This document shows, piece after piece, positions 37,003-46,616 of a DNA stretch of 64,000 nucleotides (positions are counted from its first letter, which is position 1; each line of letters starts with the position of its first letter). Source of the DNA: Kiritimatiellia bacterium (GTDB lineage Bacteria; Verrucomicrobiota; Kiritimatiellia; JAAZAB01); contig JAXGPF010000005.1 in the NCBI GenBank assembly GCA_040767085.1, forward strand, positions 256,001 through 320,000, given 5' to 3'. Under the pieces are notes generated by a model that ran no database searches, had not been told where the DNA came from, and was given only the letters and a program-made list of their open reading frames with translations. The position numbers and the translations under genes are program-made.

Positions 37003-37899
37003 ATGCGTCATTATACCAAATCCGACCTGGAAAATTTCCAGCCGCGGCATGCTTCATTCGTGGGGATAGACTCCGACGGCTGCGTCTTCCCCACCATGGA
37101 AATCAAGCAGAAGCAATGCTTCCACAAGTTGATTGTCGCGCATTGGAGCCTGGAAAAGATTGAAAAATACGTCCGCGAGACCGCGGAATTCGTCAATCTC
37201 TACTCCCGGCACCGGGGGCAGAACCGGTTTCCCTGCCTGCTGCTGACCATGGAATTGCTGCGGGAACGCCCGGAAGTATCGGCGGCGGGCGCGATCCTGC
37301 CCGACTTTGCATCCCTGAAAAAGTTCATCGATTCCGGCGTCCCGCTGAGCAATGGCGAATTGGAAAAAGCCGCCGCCGCCACCCGCGATCCCGGCCTGGC
37401 GCGCGTGTTGGCCTGGAGCCTGGCCGTCAACGCCGAGATAGCGCGCACGGTCAAAAACGTGGCGCCATTTCCCTGGGCGCGCGAGAGCCTGGAAAAAATC
37501 CGGGGGCATTCCGACGCCATCTGCGTTTCCCAGACTCCCACCGAGGCCCTCGTGCGCGAATGGGATGAAAACGGCCTGCTGGAATACGCCGCCATCATCG
37601 CCGGCCAGGAACTGGGCACCAAGGCCGAGCACCTGCAAATGGCGGCCGGCGGGCGTTACCCGCCGGACAAGGTGCTCATGATCGGCGACGCCCCTGGCGA
37701 TTACCGCGCGGCGCGGGCTGTGCAGGCTTGCTTCTACCCGATCAATCCCGGCGGCGAAGCGGCGTCATGGCAGCGGTTTTACAACGAAGCTTACGCCAAA
37801 TTTCTGGCCGGCGAGTACCTTGGCGCATACGCCGACCGGCTGATCGCCGAATTCGAACGGCTGCTGCCGGACACGCCTCCTTGGCAGAAAAAACACTGA
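37003..37899 (+). CDS. HAD-superfamily hydrolase
   Basis: GIDSDGC (DxD), VSQTP, GTKAEH, MIGDAPGD. Confidence 0.88.
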   Translation: MRHYTKSDLENFQPRHASFVGIDSDGCVFPTMEIKQKQCFHKLIVAHWSLEKIEKYVRETAEFVNLYSRHRGQNRFPCLLLTMELLRERPEVSAAGAILPDFASLKKFIDSGVPLSNGELEKAAAATRDPGLARVLAWSLAVNAEIARTVKNVAPFPWARESLEKIRGHSDAICVSQTPTEALVREWDENGLLEYAAIIAGQELGTKAEHLQMAAGGRYPPDKVLMIGDAPGDYRAARAVQACFYPINPGGEAASWQRFYNEAYAKFLAGEYLGAYADRLIAEFERLLPDTPPWQKKH

Positions 37900-38001
37900 A
37901 CACCGAACGCCTTTGACCAGATTACAACCTCAAACAACCGTTGAACCTGCTTCGACCGCTGGCAACCCCGAACACGGAAACACTCTATAAGGAATATCAT
38001 A

Positions 38002-38991
38002 ATGCAATATCCCGGATTGATTGACTTGCAGATTAACGGCCATCGCGGCGTGCATTTTTCGGCGCCGGACCTGACCCTGGAAAAAATCCGCCAGGCCACC
38101 CGCGAACTGGCGGCCGCCGGCACCGTGGCTTACTGCCCGACCGTCGTCACCTGCGCGATTGAAACCTACCGGCATAATTTGCCGCTCTTCGCCCAGGCCA
38201 TACGCGACCCGGAAATCGGGCCGCACATCCTCGGCCTGCATCTGGAAGGGCCGTTCATCTCGCCCCTGGAAGGCGCGCGCGGCGCTCACCCGCCGGAACA
38301 TATCCGCCAGCCGGACTTCAAACTGTTCCAGCAGTTCCAGGAATGGTCCGGCAATAATATCGCCATCCTCACCGTCGCTCCGGAAGTGCCGGGCGTCAAC
38401 GAGCTGATCCGGCAGGTGGCCGCGGCCGGCGTCACCGTCTCCATGGGCCATCAATTAGCCGACGACGACGCGCTGGAAGCGGCCGTCCGCGCCGGCGCCA
38501 GGGCCTGCACGCACCTCGGCAACGGCCTGCCCAACAGCATCAACCGGCACCAGAACCCGCTCTGGTGGCTGCTGGCCTGCGACGATGTCTGGGGCATGTG
38601 CATTACCGACGGCCATCATCTGCCGGAAGATTTCATCCGGGTGGCCTTGCGCGCCAAGACCCTGCGCCGGTTCGCCGTCGTAAGCGATGCCACCGACCTG
38701 GCCGGCCAGTCGCCGGGCACTTACGACTTCCAGGGGCACGCCGTGGTGCTGGAGCCCAACGGCCGCATCGGTTTTGCCGGCACGCCCTACCTCGCCGGCT
38801 CTTCCGCCACCATGCTCCAATGCATGAACCACCTGGCATCCCTGAACGTCCTGTCGGAAGCCGAATTGTGGCAGGTGGGCTTCGATAATCCGCTGCAATT
38901 GCTGGGCCGCGATCCCCGGGCCTTCGCCGCCCGCCTCCCGGAACGCAAGGTTTGGTTCCGCAACGGCCGGTTCGAGACTGTGGGCAGTTAA
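38002..38991 (+). CDS. nagA: N-acetylglucosamine-6-phosphate deacetylase-like amidohydrolase
   Basis: PGLIDLQING, GLHLEGPFIS..GAH, TVAPE, MGH, THLGN, DGHHL, VVSDA, LAGS. Confidence 0.8.
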   Translation: MQYPGLIDLQINGHRGVHFSAPDLTLEKIRQATRELAAAGTVAYCPTVVTCAIETYRHNLPLFAQAIRDPEIGPHILGLHLEGPFISPLEGARGAHPPEHIRQPDFKLFQQFQEWSGNNIAILTVAPEVPGVNELIRQVAAAGVTVSMGHQLADDDALEAAVRAGARACTHLGNGLPNSINRHQNPLWWLLACDDVWGMCITDGHHLPEDFIRVALRAKTLRRFAVVSDATDLAGQSPGTYDFQGHAVVLEPNGRIGFAGTPYLAGSSATMLQCMNHLASLNVLSEAELWQVGFDNPLQLLGRDPRAFAARLPERKVWFRNGRFETVGS

Positions 38992-40193
38992 TCCCGCCCA
39001 GGCTTTGCCGCGGGCGGATCGAGCACTTCCTCTACCCAGGGCAGCCCGCGCCGGGTCATCTGTTCCAGGAACGGATCGGGATCGAATTGCTCGACGTTGA
39101 ACACGCCCTGCCCGCGCCAGACGCCGGTCAGCATCAGCATGCCGCCGATCATGGCGGGGACGCCGGTGGTGTAGGAAATGGCCTGGGCCTGCGCCTCGCG
39201 GTAGCACGCGGCATGGTCGCAGATGTTGTATATGTAAACCCTTTTGGGCCGGCCATCCCGCACGCCTTCGATCAGGCAGCCGATATTGGTCTTACCGCGG
39301 TAATGCTCCGCCAGCGACGTCGGCTCCGGCAGCACCGCCTTCAGGAATTTCAGCGGCACGATTGGCTTGCCGTCATACATGACCGGATCAATGCGGGTCA
39401 GGCCGACATTCTGCAGCACGCGCAGATGCGTCAGGTATTCCCCGCTGAAAGTCATCCAGAACCGGATGCGCCGCAGGCCGGGCAGATGGCGGACCAGCGA
39501 CTCCAGCTCCTCGTGGTAGAGCAAATACATCTCGCGGGGGCCGATCCCGGGGAAATCGAAAGACCGGTGCACCGACAACGGCTCGACTTCGCGCCACTGC
39601 CCGTTCTCCCAGAACTTGCCGCGCTGGGTAATCTCGCGGATATTGATCTCGGGATTGAAGTTGGTGGCGAATGGCCGGCCGTGTTCTCCGGCATTGCAGT
39701 CCATGATGTCCACGCTGTGAATTTCATCAAAGTGGTGCTTCAGGGCGTAGGCGCAGAAGACATTCGTCGCGCCGGGATCGAAGCCGCAGCCCAGCAGCGC
39801 CATGATCCCGCGCTCGCGGAAGCGCTCGTGGTAATTCCACTGCCATTGGTAGCAGAACCGGGCTTCGTCCGGCGGCTCGTAATTGGCGGTATCCAGGTAA
39901 TCCACGCCGGTTGCCAGGCACGCCTCCATGATGGACAAATCCTGGTAAGGCAGGGCGAGGTTCATGACCAGCCGCGGACGGTGGGTTTGAATCAAAGCCG
40001 CGACTTCCGCCGGGTTGTCGGCGTCCACCCGGGCAATGTCGATCGGACGCGGCAGGCGGTCGCGGATGCGTTCGCACTTGTCCAGCGTCCGGCTGGCCAG
40101 GCAGATTTCCGCGAAAACTTCCGGCGCCATGGCGCACTTGTACGCCGCCACGCCGCCGACGCCGCCGGCGCCAATGATCAGTACTTTATGCAT
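38988..40193 (-). CDS. Saccharopine-dehydrogenase family, carboxy(nor)spermidine dehydrogenase-like
   Basis: IIGAGGVG, NLALPYQDL.IMEAC, DTANYEPPD, GFDPG, FATNFNPEINIREI, YHEELESL, AISYTTGVPAMIG. Confidence 0.88.
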   Translation of the reverse strand: MHKVLIIGAGGVGGVAAYKCAMAPEVFAEICLASRTLDKCERIRDRLPRPIDIARVDADNPAEVAALIQTHRPRLVMNLALPYQDLSIMEACLATGVDYLDTANYEPPDEARFCYQWQWNYHERFRERGIMALLGCGFDPGATNVFCAYALKHHFDEIHSVDIMDCNAGEHGRPFATNFNPEINIREITQRGKFWENGQWREVEPLSVHRSFDFPGIGPREMYLLYHEELESLVRHLPGLRRIRFWMTFSGEYLTHLRVLQNVGLTRIDPVMYDGKPIVPLKFLKAVLPEPTSLAEHYRGKTNIGCLIEGVRDGRPKRVYIYNICDHAACYREAQAQAISYTTGVPAMIGGMLMLTGVWRGQGVFNVEQFDPDPFLEQMTRRGLPWVEEVLDPPAAKPGRD

Positions 40194-40205
40194 GCCGCCC
40201 CATTA

Positions 40206-41237
40206 TTAAAACTCAATCATAGCCTTGATCACGCCGTCACGGTAACCGGACACCAATTCGAACGCCTCCGCCGTGCGCGGCATGGGAAAGCGGTGCGTGA
40301 CCATGAAATCCACGTCCAGCAAGCCGGCGGCCATCAATTTCAGGGTGTCGTCCGCACAGCCGCATTGACGCCGGACATTCAGCACGCGCACTTCCGCCCG
40401 GCGCGCCTGGTCAATGACCAGTCCCATGCGCTCGGTTTCCGGAATCCCGATCAACATCAAACGGCCGCCGGGCCGCATCAAGGCCACGGCCTGGTCCAAC
40501 GCCGCCTGCTGGCCGCAGCATTCGAAAACCGCGTCCAGCCCGCCCGGCGCCGCGGCCCGGATGCGTTCCACCAGATCAGCCTCCGGCGCACCGGACCAGT
40601 CCGCCCCGGCCGCGCGCGCCGCGCGCGCCCGGTAATCCAGCGGATCCGCGGCATATACCTCCGCCGCGCCCAGCAGCCGGACGCATCGGAGGACGCTCAG
40701 GCCGATCGGGCCGCAGCCCAGGATGCCCGCCCGCGCGCCTTTCAGCGGCAGCGCGCCGCGCGCGGCATAAAGCCCAATCGCCAGCGGTTCCGACAAAGCC
40801 CCCTGCGCCGGCGACATGCCCTCGGCCAGCCGCAGGCAACAATGCGCCGGCATCACCAGCCGCTCGGCAAGGCAACCCTCAGCCTGGCCGGGGCAACCCA
40901 GGAACTTCAAGTTGCGGCAGGTATGCGGCCGGCCGGCCTGGCATTGGTCGCAGGTTCCGCAAGGCATCGCCGGGTCCACCGCCACGCGGTCGCCCGGACG
41001 CAGATGCCGCACCGCCGGGCCAGCCTGTTCGACCACACCCGCGCACTCGTGGCCCAGGGTGAAGGGATAGCGCACTACCTGGCTGCCGATGCGGCCGGTG
41101 TTGTAGTAATGCACATCGGACCCGCATACGCCCACGGCGGAAATACGCAGCAGAACATCCTCCGGCCGTCGCAACTGCGGCTCAGGCGCGTCGCAAATTT
41201 CCAACCGGCGCAAAGCCGTCAATCGCACCGCCTGCAT
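40206..41237 (-). CDS. Zinc-dependent alcohol/polyol dehydrogenase (sorbitol dehydrogenase-like)
   Basis: GVCGSDVH, GHECAG, CxxCxxC..C structural Zn, GCGPIG; GAGG RBS before ATG 41237. Confidence 0.9.
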   Translation of the reverse strand: MQAVRLTALRRLEICDAPEPQLRRPEDVLLRISAVGVCGSDVHYYNTGRIGSQVVRYPFTLGHECAGVVEQAGPAVRHLRPGDRVAVDPAMPCGTCDQCQAGRPHTCRNLKFLGCPGQAEGCLAERLVMPAHCCLRLAEGMSPAQGALSEPLAIGLYAARGALPLKGARAGILGCGPIGLSVLRCVRLLGAAEVYAADPLDYRARAARAAGADWSGAPEADLVERIRAAAPGGLDAVFECCGQQAALDQAVALMRPGGRLMLIGIPETERMGLVIDQARRAEVRVLNVRRQCGCADDTLKLMAAGLLDVDFMVTHRFPMPRTAEAFELVSGYRDGVIKAMIEF

Positions 41238-41370
41238 AAAACACCTCGCCTCAATCCCAACCGTTCGCCCGCCATCCCGCGCCGGCCGCCGCACAGCGCG
41301 CGTTCCATCCAATCGCCAATCCGGTTTTAAGTTTGCCATGTTTTCCCGCCGAAAGCAAGCCGGGGTTGGC

Positions 41371-41399
41371 TTGACGGAAACCGCTCCGCGGTCTATCAT
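41371..41399 (+). promoter_or_regulatory. Candidate sigma70 promoter for the PfpI gene
   Basis: TTGACG, 17 bp, TATCAT. Confidence 0.6.
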
Positions 41400-41451
41400 G
41401 CCGCTGTATTAAATCCGGCGCTGAATAATCATCCCATAGGAGCATCCGCAC

Positions 41452-41994
41452 ATGAAACCCGGGCAACTGCTGAAAAACCGATCGGTATTGATGATTCTGG
41501 CGCCCAAAGGCTTCCAGGATGACGAGTTCGGCATACCTTGCGATCTGCTCGATCAACTGGGGGCAGCCATCACCATTGCCAGCACACGCAAGGGCGCATT
41601 GCACGGCATTGCGGGTAAAACGACCATCGCCCATGGCACCGTCGATACGTACGCGGCGGAGGATTTCGATGCCCTGCTGTTTATCGGCGGGCCGGGCGCG
41701 GATATCTTTTACCATAACACCGCCGCCCACCGGCTGGCGCAAGCCGCCTTGGCCGGGGAACGCATCAAGGTTCTGGGGGCCATCTGCATCGCGCCGGTGA
41801 CCCTGGCCAACGCCGGCGTGCTGCGCGGCAGGCGCGCCACGGCTTTCCCCGACGTGCAGGGATTGCTGGCCGCCCAGGGCGCCATCCTGGAAACACACTC
41901 GCCGGTCGTGCAGGACGGCAAAATCATCACCGCCGCGGGCCCGCATGCGGCATCGGAATTCGCGCATCAAATCGTCAACGCGCTGTTGCCGTAA
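41452..41994 (+). CDS. DJ-1/PfpI family protein
   Basis: FQDDEF, FIGGPG, GAICIAP nucleophile Cys, DGKIITAAGP; AGGAG RBS. Confidence 0.9.
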   Translation: MKPGQLLKNRSVLMILAPKGFQDDEFGIPCDLLDQLGAAITIASTRKGALHGIAGKTTIAHGTVDTYAAEDFDALLFIGGPGADIFYHNTAAHRLAQAALAGERIKVLGAICIAPVTLANAGVLRGRRATAFPDVQGLLAAQGAILETHSPVVQDGKIITAAGPHAASEFAHQIVNALLP

Positions 41995-42048
41995 GCTCCA
42001 GCGGCGGCCGCCCTGCCAAAATTTGAATACGTTGGAACGGTTCCGAAG

Positions 42049-42074
42049 GTAGGGCGCGCAGTCCCTTGCGCGCC
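42049..42074 (+). repeat. GTAG-type REP-like palindrome
   Basis: GTAG GGCGCGCA gtccct TGCGCGCC between convergent genes. Confidence 0.6.
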
Positions 42075-42143
42075 GTTCCGGAAAACCAGAGGCGGCCAAG
42101 GCGCGGGCCGCGCTGGCGGGCCTGGCCGATCCGCCAAAACCGG

Positions 42144-43367
42144 CTAAAACCGCAACTGGGCCCGCGCCAGGCGCCGGCCAAACTCTTCGATCACGCGATT
42201 ATCGTCGCCATCGCCCGCGGATTCGAAGGTGGCGGAAAAGCGCAGGTACGGGCCGGCGTCATCCCAGGGCACGGTGGAGATAAGGTGTTCGCGAATGAGG
42301 TGCTGCGAAGCTTCTTCGGCGGTATGCCAATCGCAGCCGCCCGCGCCGCGGGGCGCGGGCACGTACAGGTAAAACGTGCCGCCGGGCATGCGGGCGTCAA
42401 AGCCGGCGGCTTGCAGGCGCCGCACCATTTTCACCAGCCGGCGCTGGTAATGCCGGCAGATGCGGTCGGCCAGGGCGCGGTCGGCAATGCCGGCGCAGGC
42501 GGCCAGTTGAATGGCTTTGAACTGGCCGGAATCCATATTATCCTTGACCTCGGCGTAGGCCTGCACGGCGCGGGCCGCGCCGGCGACGAAGCCCAGGCGC
42601 CAGCCGGTCATGTTGTAGCTCTTGCTCATGGAATGCAGTTCCACGGCCGTTTCCTTGCCGCCCGGCCGGCTGAGGATGGAAAGCGGCGCGCGGTTGTAAA
42701 CCAGCGTGGCATACGCCGCATCCTGGACAATCAAGATGTTATTCGCGCGGGCGAAGGCGATCAGCCGGTCGAAAAACTCCGGGGTGGCCGCCGCGCCGGT
42801 GGGATTATTCGGGTAATTGACATAAAACAGCTTGGCGCGGCGCGCCATCTCGCCGTCAATCGCATCCAGGTCGGGCAGGAATCCGTTTTTTTCCAGCAGC
42901 GGCACCTTGACAACCGTGCCGCCCAGGTAACGCGTGTGCGTGCCCAGCACCGGATAGCCGGGGACGGTAACCAGCGCCACATCGCCGGGATTGACAAAAC
43001 ACAGCGGCAGCATGGCCAGCGCCGGCTTCGAGCCGATGCTGTGGACGATTTCCGTTTCCGGGTCCAGGTCCGCCACACCAAAAAAATCGCGCATGTAACG
43101 CGCCGCCGCCGCCTTGAACTCGCGGATGCCGTTGTCGGCATAACCGCGGTTGGCCGGGTCGTCCACCGCCTTCTTCAAGGCGCGCCGGATCGGCGCCGGC
43201 GCCATGCGGTCCGGCTCGCCCACGCCGAAATCGAGCAATTCCATCTCCGGGTGGGCCTGGCGGGCGGCGGCCTTGGCGCGCTTGATTTTTTCAAACTTGT
43301 AAATCTCGTTCGCAAGGCCGAAGGCGACCCCGCCGATGCGTTCCGCGAAAAGCTGCTGTAAATTCAT
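42144..43367 (-). CDS. dapL: LL-diaminopimelate aminotransferase (class I/II PLP)
   Basis: YKFEKIKRAK, DFGVGEPD, NYPNNPTG, QDAAY, HSMSKSYNMTGWRLG, KDNMDSGQF. Confidence 0.82.
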   Translation of the reverse strand: MNLQQLFAERIGGVAFGLANEIYKFEKIKRAKAAARQAHPEMELLDFGVGEPDRMAPAPIRRALKKAVDDPANRGYADNGIREFKAAAARYMRDFFGVADLDPETEIVHSIGSKPALAMLPLCFVNPGDVALVTVPGYPVLGTHTRYLGGTVVKVPLLEKNGFLPDLDAIDGEMARRAKLFYVNYPNNPTGAAATPEFFDRLIAFARANNILIVQDAAYATLVYNRAPLSILSRPGGKETAVELHSMSKSYNMTGWRLGFVAGAARAVQAYAEVKDNMDSGQFKAIQLAACAGIADRALADRICRHYQRRLVKMVRRLQAAGFDARMPGGTFYLYVPAPRGAGGCDWHTAEEASQHLIREHLISTVPWDDAGPYLRFSATFESAGDGDDNRVIEEFGRRLARAQLRF

Positions 43368-43387
43368 AATTACTCCGTTGCGTCCGA

Positions 43388-43918
43388 TCAATCCCCCTCG
43401 AAAGCCAGCGCCGCCCGCACCGGATAACCGGCCAGTTTGTCCCGGCCGTGCAAATCCGGCAATTCCACCAGGAATTCCACCCCCGCGACTTTGCCGCCCA
43501 GCTTTTCCAGCAGGCGGACGGCGGCGGCGGCCGTGCCGCCGGTGGCCAGCAGATCGTCCACCAGCAAAACGCTATCGCCCGGCCGCAGGGCATCAATGTG
43601 CACGGTCAAGGTGGCGGAACCGTATTCCAGGTCGTAGGATTCCTCGATCGTTTTATACGGCAGCTTGCCTTTTTTGCGGATGGGAATGAACCCCGCGTTC
43701 AACTCCAGCGCCGCCGCGCCGCCCAGGATGAAACCGCGGGCGTCAATCGCCGCCACGTACTTTACTTGCCGGCCGCGGTGCGGCTCGACCAGCACCGACA
43801 CCGCCTGACGCAACAGCCGGGCATCGGCCAGCACGGGGGTGATATCGCGGAAAATAATGCCCGGCTTGGGGAAATCCGGGATACTGCGCATTGCCGCCTT
43901 GAGGTTGGTGCAATCCAT
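43388..43918 (-). CDS. apt: Adenine phosphoribosyltransferase
   Basis: IPDFPKPGIIFRDITP, ARGF, RKKGKLP, YDLEYG, VDDLLATGGT. Confidence 0.97.
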   Translation of the reverse strand: MDCTNLKAAMRSIPDFPKPGIIFRDITPVLADARLLRQAVSVLVEPHRGRQVKYVAAIDARGFILGGAAALELNAGFIPIRKKGKLPYKTIEESYDLEYGSATLTVHIDALRPGDSVLLVDDLLATGGTAAAAVRLLEKLGGKVAGVEFLVELPDLHGRDKLAGYPVRAALAFEGD

Positions 43919-43961
43919 GGTCGCTCCTATGTCCTCTGAATGGTATTATTGAACGCGGCGG

Positions 43962-43990
43962 ATGGTAAAACAACACCCGCCGATTATCAA
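43962..43990 (-). promoter_or_regulatory. Candidate sigma70 promoter for apt-dapL
   Basis: Minus strand TTGATA, 17 bp, TACCAT. Confidence 0.5.
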
Positions 43991-44733
43991 GCGGTTTTTT
44001 TCCGCTCCAGCAGTAAATTGCACACCTGGCAGGCCGCCCACAGGCCGAACATCCCCGTGATGAACGGCAGGCTGCCGAGCGTGCGGCGCGGCCGGCCGCG
44101 GTCAAAGGTTTCCAATTCCCCGTCCATCCCCGCCGGCGGCGGCGACCGCCAGGCCGGTTCCTCGGAATAAACGCACCAGACGCCGGAAACCACGCCGCGC
44201 TGCCTGAGTTTTTTTCGCACGAACCGGGCCAGGGGGCAATACCGGGTGGCGGAAATATCCGCCAGGCGGATATGCTGCGGATGACGGCGGCTGGCGGCGC
44301 CCATACTGGAGACCACGGGCAACCCGGCCTGCACGGCCGCGGCCAGCAGCGTCACCTTGGGCGTCAGGCTGTCAATGGCATCCACCACCGCGTCCCAGCC
44401 GCCGGCCAGCAGCGCCTGCACGTTGGACTGATCCACGAAAACATTTTGCGCGTCCACGGCGCAGCGCGGGTTGATCTCCAGGACGCGTTCACGGGCGACA
44501 TCGGACTTGGGACGCCCCAGGGTGGATTCCAGCGCGTAAAGCTGGCGGTTGAAATTGCTGGGGCGGATGACATCGCAATCCACCAGGCGCATGGCCCCCA
44601 CCCCGGCGCGCGCCAGCGCCTCGACCGCGTACGAGCCCACCGCGCCCAGGCCGAACACCGCCACCCGCGACTGCCGCAACCGTTCCAGCGCCGGCGCGCC
44701 CAGCAGTTGTTCAATCCGGCGGAAGCGTTCCAT
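43987..44733 (-). CDS. tcdA: tRNA threonylcarbamoyladenosine dehydratase (ThiF family)
   Basis: VFGLGAVGSYAVEALARAGVG, SNFNRQL, VDAIDS, SSMGAA, CPLARFVRKKLR, VYSEE. Confidence 0.88.
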   Translation of the reverse strand: MERFRRIEQLLGAPALERLRQSRVAVFGLGAVGSYAVEALARAGVGAMRLVDCDVIRPSNFNRQLYALESTLGRPKSDVARERVLEINPRCAVDAQNVFVDQSNVQALLAGGWDAVVDAIDSLTPKVTLLAAAVQAGLPVVSSMGAASRRHPQHIRLADISATRYCPLARFVRKKLRQRGVVSGVWCVYSEEPAWRSPPPAGMDGELETFDRGRPRRTLGSLPFITGMFGLWAACQVCNLLLERKKTA

Positions 44734-44770
44734 AAACCAAACCGAAGTTTGCGGTGTTGGTGAGAGCGAG

Positions 44771-44847
44771 TGGTGCGCCTGGCGGGGGTTGAACCCACAA
44801 CCTTCGGCTCCGGAGGCCGACACTCTATCCAATTGAGCTACAGGCGC
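44771..44847 (-). tRNA. tRNA-Arg(CCG)
   Basis: GCGCCTGTAGCTCAATTGGATAGAGTGTCGGCCTCCGGAGCCGAAGGTTGTGGGTTCAACCCCCGCCAGGCGCACCA; cloverleaf, anticodon CCG, encoded CCA. Confidence 0.97.
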
Positions 44848-44872
44848 GCAAACAGGTAACAGTCAGGAAAAC

Positions 44873-44901
44873 AGCATAGCCAACTTGACTGCACTTGGCA
44901 A
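44873..44901 (-). promoter_or_regulatory. Candidate sigma70 promoter for tRNA-Arg/tcdA
   Basis: Minus strand TTGCCA, 17 bp, TATGCT. Confidence 0.55.
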
Positions 44902-44933
44902 GCATGATTGCAGGAGGCGCGCATTTTTGAGGA

Positions 44934-45064
44934 TGCGCCACGCCGTGGCGCTACTACATGGCGGAGTCCTCGCTACTGTAGTAGCCGAACGGCGTTCGGC
45001 TCCGGTTTGCTCCACATCCCGCTTCGCCGGACTACGGATTGCGCCACGCCGCGGCGTCACTCCG
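44934..45064. repeat. Cluster of three REP-like palindromes (TGTAGTAG-led hairpins)
   Basis: 44934-58 (minus) TGTAGTAGCGCCACGGCGTGGCGCA; 44977-45000 TGTAGTAGCCGAACGGCGTTCGGC; degenerate third copy 45040-64. Confidence 0.7.
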
Positions 45065-46040
45065 GCCGGCTGGCGCCGGCCAGTTGCCGCACGTAATCGC
45101 CCACGCCGTCTTCCAGTTCGGTAAACGCCGCTTGATACCCGGCGGCGCGCAGTTTGTCCATCTCGGCCTGGGTATGGTACTGGTACTTGCCGCGCAAGGC
45201 CGGCGGCATGTCAATGTATTCAATCCGGCAGGGCTGGCCGAGCGCGGCAAACACCGCCCGCGCCAGGTCGTTCCAGGTGCGCGCCTTGCCGGTGCCGCAG
45301 TTATACAATCCGCCCGCCGCCGGGCAGTCGTGGAAAAACATGGTTGCAGCCACGGCATCGCGCACGTAAATAAAATCACGGGTCTGCTCGCCATCCCGGA
45401 ACTCGGGCTTGTGCGAACGAAACAGGCGCATCACGCCGCCGGCCTGGATTTGCCCGAAAGCCTTGTGCACCACGGAGCGCATCTCGCCCTTATGCGCTTC
45501 GCCCGGGCCGTAAACGTTAAAGTACTTCAACCCGGCAATCCGGTCAAACAGCCGGCCGCGCAAGGCCCACAAGTCGAACATCTGCTTGGAATAGCCGTAC
45601 ATGTTTAAAGGGCGCAGGCGGGGCGTCTGGGCGTCGGCGTCGGAATAGCCCAGCGCGCCATCGCCGTAAGTGGCCGCGCTGGAGGCATAGACGAACCGCT
45701 TGCCAGCGGCCAGGCACCACTCGCATAATTCGCGGGTATAGCGGTAATTGTTGTCCGCCAGATAATCGGCGTCTTTTTCCGTTGTAGCGCTGCACGCCCC
45801 GAGATGGAAGACGGTGGCGGTGTCCGCGGCCCAGGGCGTCCGCCCCTCCCGCAGCAGCCGGCGGAACTCGTGCTTGTCAAGATAATCCTCGAAGGCCAGG
45901 CCGGCCAGGTTGCGCCATTTATCATCCTGGCCGAGATGGTCCACCACGAGGATGCCGGTTTCGCCGCGGGCATTGAGCGCCGCTACCAGGTTGCTCCCGA
46001 TAAAACCCGCGCCGCCGGTGACAATGAATTTTATGGCCAT
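45057..46040 (-). CDS. hldD: ADP-L-glycero-D-manno-heptose 6-epimerase
   Basis: VTGGAGFIGSN, HLGACSATTE, YASSAATYG, PLNMYGYSK, YFNVYGPGEAHKG, KYQYHTQA. Confidence 0.95.
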   Translation of the reverse strand: MAIKFIVTGGAGFIGSNLVAALNARGETGILVVDHLGQDDKWRNLAGLAFEDYLDKHEFRRLLREGRTPWAADTATVFHLGACSATTEKDADYLADNNYRYTRELCEWCLAAGKRFVYASSAATYGDGALGYSDADAQTPRLRPLNMYGYSKQMFDLWALRGRLFDRIAGLKYFNVYGPGEAHKGEMRSVVHKAFGQIQAGGVMRLFRSHKPEFRDGEQTRDFIYVRDAVAATMFFHDCPAAGGLYNCGTGKARTWNDLARAVFAALGQPCRIEYIDMPPALRGKYQYHTQAEMDKLRAAGYQAAFTELEDGVGDYVRQLAGASRPE

Positions 46041-46043
46041 GGT

Positions 46044-46523
46044 TCAATTCTCCCGCATGCGTTCGATCATCCGCGTGGAGGACAAACCCTCCACCAGCGG
46101 CGCCAGCACCACCCGCCCGCCATGCTGCTCCACCCATTCGCGCCCGCTGACGTAATGCGCCCAGTCCGCCCCTTTGACCAGCACGTCGGGGGTAACGGCC
46201 CGGATCAGGTCCGCCGGCTCATCTTCGCCGAAGACCATGACGTAATCCACGCATTCCAGCGCCGCCAGCACCAGCGTCCGCTGCGCCGCGGGATTGACCG
46301 GCCGCGCCGGGCCCTTGAGCCGGCGCACGGATTCATCGGAATTCACGCCCACCAGCAAGGCATCGCCCTGCCGGCGGGCGAATTCCAGGTAGGACACATG
46401 CCCGGCATGCAGGAGATCGAAGCAGCCGTTGGTAAAGACCAGGGTTCGCCCCGCGGCGCGCAACTGTTCGCGCGCGCACTGCATGTCCGGCAAATTCATC
46501 AGCTTGGATGACGCGGTACGCAT
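46044..46523 (-). CDS. rfaE2: D-glycero-beta-D-manno-heptose 1-phosphate adenylyltransferase
   Basis: VFTNGCFDLLHAGH, GVNSDESVRRLKG..RP, LVKGADW. Confidence 0.92.
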   Translation of the reverse strand: MRTASSKLMNLPDMQCAREQLRAAGRTLVFTNGCFDLLHAGHVSYLEFARRQGDALLVGVNSDESVRRLKGPARPVNPAAQRTLVLAALECVDYVMVFGEDEPADLIRAVTPDVLVKGADWAHYVSGREWVEQHGGRVVLAPLVEGLSSTRMIERMREN

Positions 46524-46616
46524 GAGTGCAGTGTATGCGAATCCCCGCCGCCGCGCAAGCCCGAAGCGCGGAATCCGGCGCGGAAGGCAGTCAGGCAAAA
46601 TCATGGCCCGCGGCGA

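Noticed and set aside
44734-44790. tRNA-Arg 3' end as an integration site
   Set aside because: No duplicated tRNA end or integrase seen; flanking genes are housekeeping.
44734-44832. N-terminal extension of the tcdA ORF
   Set aside because: It runs through tRNA-Arg; homology-like sequence begins at ATG 44733.
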